Shown: positions 8,779 through 18,734, counted from the first letter of the stretch. The stretch is DNA of 37,794 nucleotides from a virus (IMGVR_UViG_3300011102_000278:1-37794), one strand, 5' to 3'. Made by a program: numbers and translations. Notes: generated by a model from the sequence alone, not told the origin.

Positions 8779-11076
8779 GTGGCCGTTATCTCCAACCTGC
8801 TCGTTCGCGTTGGCGTTGACGAGAGCAGGGTAAGCCGCGGCATTGATCGGGCAAGCCGGCAGTTTGACCGGCTCCGCACCGTAGGGGAGCGACTAGGGCA
8901 GCGTCTTGCCGAGAGTGGCGAGCGCTCCGGCCGTGCGTTCGGCGACGGCTTCTCGAATGCTGGCGGACGAGTCCTTGCGTTCATGGGCAGAGCCACCATG
9001 GCGGCCGGCCGCATGGCTGGCGCGTTCGGCTCCGCGGCGGCACCGATAGGCGCGGTTGTCTCTGCGACAACGGCACTGTTGCCCTTGCTGGGTGCTGCGA
9101 TCCCCGAACTGTTGGCGGTGGGCAAGGCAGCGATCGCCGCGGGCCCTGCACTGCTGGCGCTCGGTGTGGCCGGCAAGGTCACTGCGTTCGCGTTGATGAG
9201 GATCTTCGCGGAAGGCTCCGCGGCCCGCGCTGCGCTCCAGCCGCTCGCGGACGCTATCGACAAGGCGGGCGAGGCGGGAAGCCGTGCGGCTGCCCGCGGC
9301 ATAGAGCCGCTTTCTAAGGCGCTTCGACGCGCGGCGTATCCCACAGTCGAGAAGTTCTTTATCCGCGTTGGGCAGGCTGCCAACGTCGCAATGCGCAACT
9401 TCCTTTGGTGGGCGAAGTCCGCGAACGGGCTGCGCGCTATCCGGGGGATTCTCGACCCTATCGGCGAATCCTTGGGACGCCTCGCACCCCAAGTCAGCGA
9501 AGTCGCGATCGAATTCGTGGCGATGCTCGGCCGAATCATGGGTGTGTCCGCCGCGGCGGGGGAGCGTGGCCTTAGCCGCGTCCTTGGCATCGTGGCCGAC
9601 AAGCTGCGGGGCATCACGGCAGAAAGTGTCCAGGGTGGACTAGACAAGCTCGCGAGCACTTTCAAGACGATCAAGACCGTCGTCAGTACTGCCGCGGACT
9701 GGATCGGCAAGCTCGTTGCCGCATACAAGCTCTACACGAAGGAATTCGGCTATGTAGCCGACGCGGTGTCTGTGCTGGCGATCGTGTTCGGCGGACCGGT
9801 CACCGCGGTTATTGCCGCGGTCGGGCTGATCATTCGCCACTTCGACCAGGCGAAGGCAGTATACGAGCGGATCAAGGGCGCGTTCTCGTCGCCTATAGCG
9901 GGCGGCTTCGTGGAGAATCTGCGCACCGCGGCCCGCGAAGTACTGCCCGCGTTGTCCGCAGCGTTCGACAAGATCAAGGCGGCTGTTCTCCCTGTCCTGC
10001 AAGAGATCTGGACGAAGGTAAAGACACAACTCATTCCCGCCTTTGGCGAGTTCATCGCCGCCGTCAGCCCTGTCGTTTCGTGGCTCGTTGGTGTTTTGGG
10101 GCCCGTGGTCGCGAGCGCCTTCCGGAACATCCTAAAGATCGTCTCTGGCGCTATCGACATCATCACGGGCATCTTCAAGATCTTCACGGGCATTCTGACG
10201 GGCGATTGGTCGAAGGCTTGGGAAGGTATCAAGCAGGTACTTTCCGGCGCGTGGCAAATCATCCTCGCGGTCCTGAACCAAGCGTTGAACATGATAACCG
10301 CCGTTTTCAAGCTCGCGCTCGGTGCCCTCCGTGGTATCTGGTCGCGAGCCTGGGACGGCATGAAGGCGCTCGGAAAGGCTGCCTGGGACGGGATAAAGGC
10401 ACTCGTCCGCGGCGGGATCAACGGCGTCAAGAGCCTGTTCTCGTCCGGGATCAACGGCGTAAAGAATGCCTGGTCGTCCGGCTGGAACACAGTGAAGTCG
10501 CTCGCCTCGCGGGCGATGTCGTCGCTTCGGTCGTCTGTGTCGAGCGGCATTTCTCGCGTGGTGTCGACGGTCCGCGGGCTGCCTGGTCGCATCCGCAGCG
10601 CGCTAGGCAATCTGGGCAGGCTGCTCTACAACGCCGGCCGGAACGTTGTTCAGGGTTTGATCAACGGCATTAAGTCCATGGTCGGCCGTCTCGGGTCCGC
10701 GATGGGTGACATCGCGGGAAAGATCCGCAGGTTCTTGCCGTTCTCTCCCGCAAAGGAAGGGCCGCTATCCGGCTCCGGCTCCCCGGACATCGCGGGCGCG
10801 AAGATTGCGGAAATGGTCGCTGGCGGGATGCTCTCGGGAACGAGCGCAGTTGCGGGTGCTGCGTCCGGCATGGCTGCCGCGGCGTCCGTCAACGCGAGCG
10901 GCACGTACGCCTCCGCGTCCGGCGTGAGTGCGGCCGGAGGCTCCGGCGGAGCTGCGGTTATCGAGATCCGTTCGGGCGGTACCCGCCTAGACGATCTGCT
11001 AGTCGAAGTCCTCCGCCGCGCGATTAAGACTCGCGGCGGGAACGTGCAAGTCGTTCTTGGACAAAGGGGTACGTGA
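8779..11076 (+). CDS. tape measure protein
   Basis: Ala/Gly-rich ~766 aa with periodic W/F repeats, FSPAKEGPLSG motif; follows chaperones. Confidence 0.92.
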   Translation: MAVISNLLVRVGVDESRVSRGIDRASRQFDRLRTVGERLGQRLAESGERSGRAFGDGFSNAGGRVLAFMGRATMAAGRMAGAFGSAAAPIGAVVSATTALLPLLGAAIPELLAVGKAAIAAGPALLALGVAGKVTAFALMRIFAEGSAARAALQPLADAIDKAGEAGSRAAARGIEPLSKALRRAAYPTVEKFFIRVGQAANVAMRNFLWWAKSANGLRAIRGILDPIGESLGRLAPQVSEVAIEFVAMLGRIMGVSAAAGERGLSRVLGIVADKLRGITAESVQGGLDKLASTFKTIKTVVSTAADWIGKLVAAYKLYTKEFGYVADAVSVLAIVFGGPVTAVIAAVGLIIRHFDQAKAVYERIKGAFSSPIAGGFVENLRTAAREVLPALSAAFDKIKAAVLPVLQEIWTKVKTQLIPAFGEFIAAVSPVVSWLVGVLGPVVASAFRNILKIVSGAIDIITGIFKIFTGILTGDWSKAWEGIKQVLSGAWQIILAVLNQALNMITAVFKLALGALRGIWSRAWDGMKALGKAAWDGIKALVRGGINGVKSLFSSGINGVKNAWSSGWNTVKSLASRAMSSLRSSVSSGISRVVSTVRGLPGRIRSALGNLGRLLYNAGRNVVQGLINGIKSMVGRLGSAMGDIAGKIRRFLPFSPAKEGPLSGSGSPDIAGAKIAEMVAGGMLSGTSAVAGAASGMAAAASVNASGTYASASGVSAAGGSGGAAVIEIRSGGTRLDDLLVEVLRRAIKTRGGNVQVVLGQRGT

Positions 11077-13820
11077 TGGTCTTTCCTGGTGAGCGCGTAG
11101 AACTTATGGTTGACGGCGCGTGGCTGGACATCACAAGCGACGTGCTCACCAGGGACGACATTGTGATCACGCGCGGTCGAGCGGAAGCCGCTCAGCACAC
11201 GGACCGCGGGACGTGCACGCTCACTCTGAACAACACGAACGGGAAGTACTCCCCGCGTAACACACGCTCCCCGTACTACGGGAAGATCGGCCGGAACACG
11301 CCGCTCCGCGTGCTGGTTGGGGACAGCGTCCGCTTCGTGGGCGAGGTCTCGTCCTGGCCTCCGCGGTGGGACGTCTCCGGAACGGATCTCTATGTGCCCA
11401 TTGAAGCGTCCGGCATTCTGCGTCGGCTACAGCAGGGAGCGCGTCCGCTAAAGTCGGCGTTGTTTCGGACGCTGTCCGACATTGAGCCGTTCCCCGCGTA
11501 CTGGCCTCTAGAGGACTCTCCCGGCTCCCGGCAGGCGGCATCGTGCTACTCGCTCGGGTCCCCGATGCAGGCGACGGGAGACGTCACTTTCACGGGCGAA
11601 CCTGCTAACGGTGTAGGCGGGAGCGTGTCCGTTGGGCGCGGCGGGCGGCTGTACGGACCTGTAAGCGGCAGTACTTCAAGCTGGTTTGTCGCGTTTTGGC
11701 TGGACGTCCCCAGCGACCTAGGCGTCGGTGAGTCAACTCCGCTAGTGCGCTGGTACACCCCAGGGAGTGACGTAATTGACTCCTGGTCGTTCCGCGTCAG
11801 GTATCACGCGACGTATCGCGCTAACTGGGTTGTCGAAACTTGGGATGCTCAAGGCCAGCTAATCGACGCGTCGGCTCCCGCTATCGATCCTGAAATCGTG
11901 CCTGGTATCGGACCGTCACGTGTGGTCATTATAGCAGAACCCAGCGTCAACGGTCCCGAACGACTCCATTTCACTGTTTTCATGGAAAACAGCGGGATTG
12001 GTAATGTAGGCAGCGAGATCATAGCGCCGTCGAATGTATCGATGAAGGCAATTACAGGGATTGCCGTAGCGGGGGACTTGGCAGATGACACTAACTACAC
12101 AGGGTCCGTTTCTCATGTGATCGTTGGGCCCCAGCCGCGTCGCAGCGACGTCCTGAGCACCACCGTGCGCGCCGCCGGTCGCGGTTTCGCGGGGGAGACG
12201 GCTGTAGAGCGCATCACGCGGCTGTGTACCGAGGAAAACATCCCTGTCGTCGTTACTGGCGACGGAGCGTCGTCTGAGCCCATGGGACCACAGAGGCCGC
12301 ATACGATCGTGGACCTGCTCCGCGAGGCAGAGGCCGCGGATGGCGGGATTCTGGGTGAGCAGCGCGACGCGGTGGGGCTGAGATATGTAGCGCGCTCCGC
12401 GCTGTACGGGTCCGAGCCTGCGCTGACGCTCACGTACGAACAGACCATGTCGCCCCTGGAGCCCGTGGACGACGACGAAAGCATCCGCAACGATAACACG
12501 GTGATCCGCGAGGGCGGCTCGTCTACGCGCATGGTGAAGTACGACGGGCCGCTGTCTATCCAGCCTCCGCCGAACGGCGTCGGGGTGTACGCGGAAGAGA
12601 CGACGCTCAATTTGGCGGACGACTTTCAGACGCTAGACCAGGCGGGTTGGCGGACTTTCGTCGGGACGTGGGACGAGGCGCGATATCCGACCGTGGGCGT
12701 GATGCTCCACAAGCATAAAGATCTAATCCCTGCGGTTACCGCGGTGGACAGCGGTGCGCACGTCCGACTAACCGACATGCCGGAGTGGCTCCCGCCCGGC
12801 GACGTTGACCTTATGGCGCTCGGCTACACGGAGACGATCGCGCCGTACCGCTGGGAGCTCCAGTTCAACGCGGTCCCGCAAGGTCCATACCAGATCGGCA
12901 CACTAGACGACCCTGTGCTCGGCCGGCTGGACACGGACGGCGGGGGGCTCGCGGCTCCGCTGTCGGAGACGGATACGACGCTCGTGACCTCCGCTGCGGC
13001 CGGACCGCCGTGGACGGAGGACCCCGCGGAGTACCCGTTCGATCTGGTGCTTGACTGGACGCGCGGCGGGGAGATCGTCCGTGCCACGTCCGCGACGAAG
13101 GGGACCTACGACACCTTCGACCGCACGAGCTCCAACGGTTGGGGGACGTCGCCGGAGGGGCTGGTCTGGACGACCCTGGGAGGCGTCCCCGCGGACTACT
13201 CGACCGCGGGGGGCATCGGCCGGCATAGCGTCACCGCCCGGGGGAGTGACCGCACGTCGCTTCTCGGGCAGTTCGCCGCGGGACTCGACTTGGAGGCCAC
13301 CTTCCGGACCGTCGTTGCACCGATTACCGGCGGCTCCGCGCATTTCTACCTGGAGACGCATTTCAACCTGGCAGAGTTCAGATGGTACGCAATGCGCATC
13401 AGTCTGAACCCTAACGGCACCATTGGTGCCGTGCTCGAAACGGGCTTCCCGGACTTCATTCCATTGACGCCGTTCATCACGTTTCCAGGGCTCACGGTCA
13501 CCGCGAATGCCTGGATTCGCGCACGGCTGAGCGTCCAACCGGGACAGCTTCGCGGCAAGGTCTGGGCGGACGGAACGACGGAGCCTCCCGGGTGGCATCT
13601 GACCGCCTTTGACACGCGCTACGCGACAGGGCAAGTAGGCGTTAAGACCTACGTTCCTCCGGCCAACACGAACGCTCTGCCGTTCGTAGGGGAGTGGGGC
13701 GAAGTCATTCTCCACAACCCGCAGCGCCTAACCGTGATTCGCGGCATCAACGGGGCCGCGCGGGCGCACCCGCAGGGGACAGATGTCCGACTCGCGCGTC
13801 CGATGACAGTAGGGCTCTAG
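11073..13820 (+). CDS. large minor tail protein (distal tail/baseplate hub with central lectin-like domain)
   Basis: WLDIT.DV...I.ITRGR, L.N.NGKYSPRN, AYWPLED, VIRGING...HP.G motifs of actinomycete prophage tail proteins. Confidence 0.8.
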   Translation: MMVFPGERVELMVDGAWLDITSDVLTRDDIVITRGRAEAAQHTDRGTCTLTLNNTNGKYSPRNTRSPYYGKIGRNTPLRVLVGDSVRFVGEVSSWPPRWDVSGTDLYVPIEASGILRRLQQGARPLKSALFRTLSDIEPFPAYWPLEDSPGSRQAASCYSLGSPMQATGDVTFTGEPANGVGGSVSVGRGGRLYGPVSGSTSSWFVAFWLDVPSDLGVGESTPLVRWYTPGSDVIDSWSFRVRYHATYRANWVVETWDAQGQLIDASAPAIDPEIVPGIGPSRVVIIAEPSVNGPERLHFTVFMENSGIGNVGSEIIAPSNVSMKAITGIAVAGDLADDTNYTGSVSHVIVGPQPRRSDVLSTTVRAAGRGFAGETAVERITRLCTEENIPVVVTGDGASSEPMGPQRPHTIVDLLREAEAADGGILGEQRDAVGLRYVARSALYGSEPALTLTYEQTMSPLEPVDDDESIRNDNTVIREGGSSTRMVKYDGPLSIQPPPNGVGVYAEETTLNLADDFQTLDQAGWRTFVGTWDEARYPTVGVMLHKHKDLIPAVTAVDSGAHVRLTDMPEWLPPGDVDLMALGYTETIAPYRWELQFNAVPQGPYQIGTLDDPVLGRLDTDGGGLAAPLSETDTTLVTSAAAGPPWTEDPAEYPFDLVLDWTRGGEIVRATSATKGTYDTFDRTSSNGWGTSPEGLVWTTLGGVPADYSTAGGIGRHSVTARGSDRTSLLGQFAAGLDLEATFRTVVAPITGGSAHFYLETHFNLAEFRWYAMRISLNPNGTIGAVLETGFPDFIPLTPFITFPGLTVTANAWIRARLSVQPGQLRGKVWADGTTEPPGWHLTAFDTRYATGQVGVKTYVPPANTNALPFVGEWGEVILHNPQRLTVIRGINGAARAHPQGTDVRLARPMTVGL

Positions 13821-13828
13821 GAGGAACA

Positions 13829-14329
13829 TTGCCGTATCCCGTTTTCTACGCCGGCCAGCGCCTTACCGCGGGCTTGCTGCGCGAAAGTCAGCCGACGTTT
13901 GTCTACAAGACGGCCGACGAATCCAGAGCACAGACCACTTTCGCGACCCCAGACGCGCAACTCTCCGTGCCCTTGCGCGGTGGCGTGCGGTATGAGCTGT
14001 CCGGCGTGATCTTCTACTCTGCGGACGCCAACTGTGATTTGCAGATGTCGTCCAGCCACACGTTTGACGGCGGTCTACAGGTCTACTATCCGCCCGTTGG
14101 GCAGACTGGATCGTCTGGCAGCACAAACTACGCTCGGAGCTCGTCATCGTTCAACGCGGCCGGAGCCACAGCAGGAAGCAACACGGCGATACTAGCAGTT
14201 GCTTACCGCGGGATGATTCGAACATCAGGCGACTCCACATTTCAATGGCAGTGGGCGCAAGTTACATCGGGGACTGTCGCGACCATTGTACGTGCCGGCT
14301 CTTATATCCGGGCGGAGGCTGCGTTCTGA
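13829..14329 (+). CDS. minor tail / receptor-binding protein
   Basis: TTG start after GGAGG; FYAGQRLTA N-terminus, QWAQ..S....T.VRAGS C-terminus. Confidence 0.7.
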   Translation: MPYPVFYAGQRLTAGLLRESQPTFVYKTADESRAQTTFATPDAQLSVPLRGGVRYELSGVIFYSADANCDLQMSSSHTFDGGLQVYYPPVGQTGSSGSTNYARSSSSFNAAGATAGSNTAILAVAYRGMIRTSGDSTFQWQWAQVTSGTVATIVRAGSYIRAEAAF

Positions 14330-14586
14330 TGTCGCCGGACGAGTTCAACAACCGGATGTACGAACAGCTTGTCACCATGAATGACCGGCTGTTGCTGGTT
14401 TACAAGGAGCTCTCGGAACTCCGCGCGCTACTGGGTGACACCCGCGAGGAACAGGCCGACCACGAGGTACGGATTCGGAGCCTGGAGCGGTGGCGGTATG
14501 GAATCCCACTTTCCGCGGTGATGGGCATCATTTCCGCAGTCGCGTCAATCGTGGTGACGTTCAGCCGGACCACTGGAAAGCCGTAA
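14329..14586 (+). CDS. membrane protein (holin-like; coiled coil plus C-terminal TM)
   Basis: TGATG coupling; DHEVRIRSLERWR followed by a hydrophobic helix; precedes endolysin. Confidence 0.6.
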   Translation: MSPDEFNNRMYEQLVTMNDRLLLVYKELSELRALLGDTREEQADHEVRIRSLERWRYGIPLSAVMGIISAVASIVVTFSRTTGKP

Positions 14587-14602
14587 ACGGAAAGGGGCCC
14601 GC

Positions 14603-15361
14603 GTGGCAACTACCGGAAAGCTCATCGACATCCTGACTGCCGAGATCGGCTATCGGGAGTCCGGGCAGAATCTCACGAAGTACAACAGGTGGCTTGGTCG
14701 GATTCCCGGCTACCCACACGACGGCTACGGCTACCCGTGGTGCGCGGCCTTCGCGTCGTGGGCGTACGACAAGGCAGGGCTTGACGCAGGCAAGGACTTC
14801 CCGCGTACTGCCGGCTGCCTTACCGCGGTGTCATGGTACAAGTCCCGCAAGCGGTGGGGCTCGACCCCGCGTAAGGGCGCGCAGGTCTTTTACGGTCCGG
14901 GCGGTGGGACGCACACTGAGATCGTGGTTTCCGTCGACTCGACACACATCACGACCATTGGCGGAAACACCAGCGGGGAGCTTAACGGCAGGTACTACAA
15001 CGGCGACGGAGTTTACAGGAAGCGGATTCGCCGGACGGAAAGTCGGATTTACGGCTACGGCTACCCTGGTGGTCTGACGGACGCTCCCGCTCCGAGCAAC
15101 CCATCAACTCCCAAGCCGGGCACAAAGGCTCCGAAGTGGCCGGGCCGGTATCTCAAGTACCCGCCGCTCATGTCCGGCAGTGACGTCCGCACGTGGCAGT
15201 CGCGCATGCGCGATCGCGGCTGGAAGATCACCGTTGACGGCGTTTACGGTCCCGCATCGGCCGGGGTCTGCCGGAGTTTCCAGCGAGAGAAGAGGCTCGA
15301 AGTTGACGGCGTCGTCGGCCCGAAGACGTGGGCCGCGTCCTGGACGGCTCCGATCACGTGA
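14603..15361 (+). CDS. endolysin (CHAP domain plus peptidoglycan-binding domain)
   Basis: PWCAAFASW (Cys), HTEIV (His), IGGNT; C-terminal VDGVYGP..FQ..L.VDGVVGPKTW. Confidence 0.92.
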   Translation: MATTGKLIDILTAEIGYRESGQNLTKYNRWLGRIPGYPHDGYGYPWCAAFASWAYDKAGLDAGKDFPRTAGCLTAVSWYKSRKRWGSTPRKGAQVFYGPGGGTHTEIVVSVDSTHITTIGGNTSGELNGRYYNGDGVYRKRIRRTESRIYGYGYPGGLTDAPAPSNPSTPKPGTKAPKWPGRYLKYPPLMSGSDVRTWQSRMRDRGWKITVDGVYGPASAGVCRSFQREKRLEVDGVVGPKTWAASWTAPIT

Positions 15362-15371
15362 GGGGCGTGTC

Positions 15372-15722
15372 ATGGGTAAGCACTCGCGACCGGACGACCC
15401 GAACCTGACGCGTCCTGACGCGCTGCCTTCCGGCGTCGCTCCGGAGCCGGACCTGTCGGGGCTCTACTCCGCGTGGCTGGACGTCGCGGACGACTGGGCA
15501 GACGACGGACGCGTCTCCTCCGCGTCGCGTGACCGGCTGGTTCGCGCGCTGCGCACGGCTGCCCAAGGTGCCGTAGCCGCGGTGGTCGTCGCCGTTGTCC
15601 CCGCGGTCTGGGATGTGCTGAACGGTGCAACGAACGTCGACTCCGGCGATCTCGTCACCGCGGCGACGACTGCTGCGCTCGCTGCGCTGGTGGCGTACGT
15701 CTCTCCGAAGCGGCGCAAGTAG
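15372..15722 (+). CDS. putative holin
   Basis: RALRTAAQG plus two hydrophobic segments and basic C-terminus; GAGGGG RBS; follows lysin. Confidence 0.65.
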   Translation: MGKHSRPDDPNLTRPDALPSGVAPEPDLSGLYSAWLDVADDWADDGRVSSASRDRLVRALRTAAQGAVAAVVVAVVPAVWDVLNGATNVDSGDLVTAATTAALAALVAYVSPKRRK

Positions 15723-15753
15723 GCGAACACCCGCACGCCTCCGGAGCGGTAAC
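15723..15753 (+). promoter_or_regulatory. phage-specific promoter motif GCGAACAC-N10-CCGGAGCGGTAAC
   Basis: one of ten dispersed, co-oriented copies, each upstream of a gene start or the late leader. Confidence 0.7.
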
Positions 15754-15786
15754 GGGAGCAGATCCCCATACCCTCCGGAGGCGCAC

Positions 15787-15981
15787 ATGGCGAAGATCGC
15801 TTATTACGTCCGGCCGTTGCGGGACACGGACGGCAACACGCAGCTCTTCGAAGTCGTCCGCGTGGACACCACGGACCGACGCACACCAACCGCTGTGCCG
15901 CTCCCCGGGCGCTACGCCCGCGAGATCGCGGCAACGCTCGCGGCGGCTCGGCTGACCGATCTCGCTGCGTCGGAGGTCTGA
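15787..15981 (+). CDS. hypothetical protein (64 aa)
   Basis: GGAGG RBS plus ATG directly downstream of the promoter motif. Confidence 0.65.
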   Translation: MAKIAYYVRPLRDTDGNTQLFEVVRVDTTDRRTPTAVPLPGRYAREIAATLAAARLTDLAASEV

Positions 15982-16568
15982 TGATGCGATCCATTGCACT
16001 CATGGGCCGCGCGGGGGCCGGCAAGGACACTGCCGCGGCGGAACTCGTCAAGCGTGACGGGTACGTGCGCGTCGCGTTCGCCGATCCGCTCAAAGAGATG
16101 GCGCTCGCGGTGGACCCTGTCATCACGAACGAATTCGTAGAAAATGCGGAGATCGCGGACGCATGGGGCAACATCAGGCTATCCGCGATCGTCAACCGCG
16201 ACGGGTGGGACGTCGCGAAGCGCAATTACCCGGAGGTCCGCCGCTTCCTGCAAGCGCTCGGTAAAGAAGGCGTCCGCGACATCATCGGCCCGAACACGTG
16301 GATCGATCTTGCGACGCGGAAGATCGCCGAAGCGCACCGTGCGGGCCGGCCTGTGGTCGTGACGGATGTGCGGTTCGGCAACGAGCTCGTGACGCTGAAA
16401 CTCCGCGGCTTCGTCGCGGTCTGGATCGATCGTCCAGGCGTGACGGACGGACAGCACGCGAGCGAAGCAGAGCTGACGCGGAGGGATGCAGACGTGGCGG
16501 TGGTCAACGACGCGACTCCCGCTCATCTGTACGAACAACTGACGTGGATACGCGACGGTATCGCGTGA
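15981..16568 (+). CDS. deoxynucleoside monophosphate kinase (phiC31 gp52-like)
   Basis: P-loop GRAGAGKDT, FADPLKE, VRRFLQ.LG, VVTDVRF.NE, HASE. Confidence 0.92.
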   Translation: MMRSIALMGRAGAGKDTAAAELVKRDGYVRVAFADPLKEMALAVDPVITNEFVENAEIADAWGNIRLSAIVNRDGWDVAKRNYPEVRRFLQALGKEGVRDIIGPNTWIDLATRKIAEAHRAGRPVVVTDVRFGNELVTLKLRGFVAVWIDRPGVTDGQHASEAELTRRDADVAVVNDATPAHLYEQLTWIRDGIA

Positions 16569-16580
16569 CGCAGGATTCCA

Positions 16581-16612
16581 GGGGTCCGGGCGACAGCTCG
16601 GGCCCCTTTTTT
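16581..16612 (+). terminator. intrinsic terminator ending the left-arm transcript
   Basis: GGGGTCCGGGC-GACA-GCTCGGGCCCC followed by T6. Confidence 0.85.
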
Positions 16613-16657
16613 GTGTGTTTACCATTGCACAGCGTTACCCTAGGGTAGCAGAAGGCT

Positions 16658-16710
16658 CGTAAGGCCGCTTACGGACTCCCTGTCGTCTTGGATATCCGTG
16701 AGCGGCTAAC
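16658..16710. promoter_or_regulatory. two degenerate operator copies upstream of the putative repressor
   Basis: CGTAAGGCCGCTTACG and CCGTGAGCGGCTAAC resemble consensus TGCGTAAGCSGCTTACGCA. Confidence 0.55.
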
Positions 16711-16806
16711 ATACGTCTGTCTCCGCGGGTGACTGTCCAACGATGCAGGGCGGGCTAAGTTGGTACATGCACTCACACCTTCCCCACACTGAGAGGCAGA
16801 CCACTC

Positions 16807-17457
16807 ATGTCTTCCGATGACCGCCACGACGACGCGGCCGGAGCCTCCGAGCGAAGATCCCGCTCCGAGTGCACAGCAGCGCCACTAGTAGACGAAGCTG
16901 TCGAGCTCGCGCAGCGATGGGCCTGCGGTGACAGGGGCGACGTCACCCTGCGCATAGCGGAGATCCTCACACGGCTGCGCACCCTCTACCGAGACACGGA
17001 CGGCCGCCCGGACATGCGCGGCAAGTCCTGGGAGTACCGCGAGGCTGTGACATCGATCTACGACCGTGCTGGTCTGGACAGGGTACAGCGGGACAGACTG
17101 TCTGCCGCCGTGCGCATGCGTCTGTCCACCGTCCTGCGCGAGTACATGCGAGACGAGCTCGGCATGACGGATGATGACTTTGATCACTACGGCATGAACC
17201 CTCTCAGCGTGAACGAACGTCGCCAGAGCGGGAGCGAGAGAGGACGACGCACGCGGTTGCCGGCGTTGAAGCTGCGGAACGACCCTGCTGAGCAACTGCT
17301 GGATGCCACCCACTACGCACGCCGAGCCATAGAGCTACCGCCACTGCCCACCACTGCCGCGATCCTCTCCGCGACGGAGCGCGCGGACATCTTGGAAGAC
17401 CTACAGGCGATCCAGGCACGAGCCGACGCACTGCTCCGCGTCCTCGCGGAGGCATAG
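16807..17457 (+). CDS. putative immunity repressor / DNA-binding protein
   Basis: occupies the phiC31 c-gene slot (after dNMP kinase, before early genes); isolated between hairpins; operator-like sites upstream; no classical HTH recognised. Confidence 0.5.
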   Translation: MSSDDRHDDAAGASERRSRSECTAAPLVDEAVELAQRWACGDRGDVTLRIAEILTRLRTLYRDTDGRPDMRGKSWEYREAVTSIYDRAGLDRVQRDRLSAAVRMRLSTVLREYMRDELGMTDDDFDHYGMNPLSVNERRQSGSERGRRTRLPALKLRNDPAEQLLDATHYARRAIELPPLPTTAAILSATERADILEDLQAIQARADALLRVLAEA

Positions 17458-17477
17458 CCACACCCGCGGCCACTCGC

Positions 17478-17513
17478 GGCAGAGCCCTCGGACCCCCTCC
17501 GGGGGCCCTCTGC
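17478..17513 (+). terminator. hairpin downstream of putative repressor
   Basis: GCAGAG-CCCTCGGA...TCCGGGGG-CCCTCTGC imperfect stem, weak U tract. Confidence 0.45.
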
Positions 17514-17521
17514 TGTCTGGG

Positions 17522-17617
17522 GTGTGACGAAGTGACGGAATGAAGTGCAATTCTGTTTTCCTATAGAGATCTCTTAAGGAATACAGAACTACGGTTCATT
17601 CCGTCACTTCGTCACAC
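17522..17617. repeat. 96-bp long palindrome, copy 1 (candidate replication origin)
   Basis: perfect 23-bp outer arms GTGTGACGAAGTGACGGAATGAA; AT-rich core centred on AGAGA|TCTCT; homologous to 36499-36594. Confidence 0.9.
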
Positions 17618-17647
17618 GGGCGGAGCGGCGGGAGCGGCTGGATTCCC

Positions 17648-17678
17648 GCGAACACCTTGCCGCGTCGGGAGCGGTAAC
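17648..17678 (+). promoter_or_regulatory. phage-specific promoter motif
   Basis: GCGAACAC...GGGAGCGGTAAC, 31 bp, upstream of first early gene. Confidence 0.7.
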
Positions 17679-17710
17679 GGAGGGACATAGTCCCTACCGA
17701 AGGGGTTGCC

Positions 17711-18502
17711 GTGGGCAAGGTACGCACGATCAGGCGCGGGGGCTCGCGCTTCTATATCCGGCCGCAGGATGGACACAAGGCTCCGGGCGTGACCAGCATT
17801 GTTGGCATGCTGCCCAAAAGCTTTCTCGTCTACTGGGCAGCGAAGATGACGGCGGAAGCCGCGGTTGACAACCTGGACGCCGTTGCCGCGATCGCGGAGC
17901 GGGACCGAGACGGAGCCGTCGACTACCTCAAAGGTGCGCACACGAGGTACACGCGGGCCCGCGCAGCGGTGGGCAGCGAGGCACACGACATGTTCGAGCG
18001 CATGATCCGCGGTGAGCAGGTCCGCCGCGTCGGTCCCGACCTGGAGCCGTATCGCTCGCATTTCGCGGAGTTCCTAGACCGCGTACAGCCGGAGCTCGTG
18101 AGTGCGGAGGACGTGATGTGGTCGGACACTCACGACTACGCGGGGAGCTCGGACGCGATCCTGCGCATCGACCACGAGACCGTCATCTGCGACTGGAAGA
18201 CGTCCAAGGAAAGTTATCCAGACGTCGCCCTGCAACTTGCCGCGTACGCGCACGCTGACTACATCGTGACCGCGGACGGCGAGACGCGCACGATGCCGAC
18301 GATCGATGCCGGCGCGGTCCTGCACATCACGCCGGACCGCTGGGAGCTCAAGCCCGTGGATATCTCGGAGCGCGTCTTCGACGTCTTCCTAGCGCTTCGC
18401 CGCGTTTTCGATTGGGACCGCAGCCTATCCGGCGACGTGCTCGGCAAGGCTGTGGAGTCCGGCGGCCGGCTGGTGACGGGCACGCAGCGAAGGGGGCGGT
18501 AA
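17711..18502 (+). CDS. PD-(D/E)XK (Cas4/RecB-like) exonuclease
   Basis: PGVTSI, GSEAH, YAGSSD, ICDWKTS, LQLAAY motifs. Confidence 0.85.
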   Translation: MGKVRTIRRGGSRFYIRPQDGHKAPGVTSIVGMLPKSFLVYWAAKMTAEAAVDNLDAVAAIAERDRDGAVDYLKGAHTRYTRARAAVGSEAHDMFERMIRGEQVRRVGPDLEPYRSHFAEFLDRVQPELVSAEDVMWSDTHDYAGSSDAILRIDHETVICDWKTSKESYPDVALQLAAYAHADYIVTADGETRTMPTIDAGAVLHITPDRWELKPVDISERVFDVFLALRRVFDWDRSLSGDVLGKAVESGGRLVTGTQRRGR

Positions 18503-18702
18503 TGCGGGAGTTTTTCAAGATCTGGTCCCAAGTCTGCGCGGTGGTCGGCACACTCTCGGCGATTGTGGCCGCGGTGTGGGGCTGGTTTGTGCTCGCGAAT
18601 TACGCGGTGGAACATCCCGCCTGGTGGTTTCTGGCGGGCCCGCTGGGATTCCTAGGCGCTACGGGTGTGCTTGCTGCGGTGTTCTACGCCGTCGAAAACT
18701 AG
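18502..18702 (+). CDS. small two-TM membrane protein
   Basis: TAATG coupling; two hydrophobic helices in 66 aa. Confidence 0.65.
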   Translation: MREFFKIWSQVCAVVGTLSAIVAAVWGWFVLANYAVEHPAWWFLAGPLGFLGATGVLAAVFYAVEN

Positions 18703-18703
18703 C

Positions 18704-18734
18704 GCGAACACTCCCGCTTCTCCGGAGCGGTAAC
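18704..18734 (+). promoter_or_regulatory. phage-specific promoter motif
   Basis: GCGAACAC...CCGGAGCGGTAAC, 31 bp. Confidence 0.7.

Noticed and set aside
11073-14329. Diversity-generating retroelement or invertible tail-fibre system
   Set aside because: No reverse transcriptase, template/variable repeat pair or invertase seen
17522-17617. Protelomerase telRL site or transposon/MITE ends
   Set aside because: No protelomerase or transposase encoded and no target-site duplication seen; kept only as an origin-like palindrome
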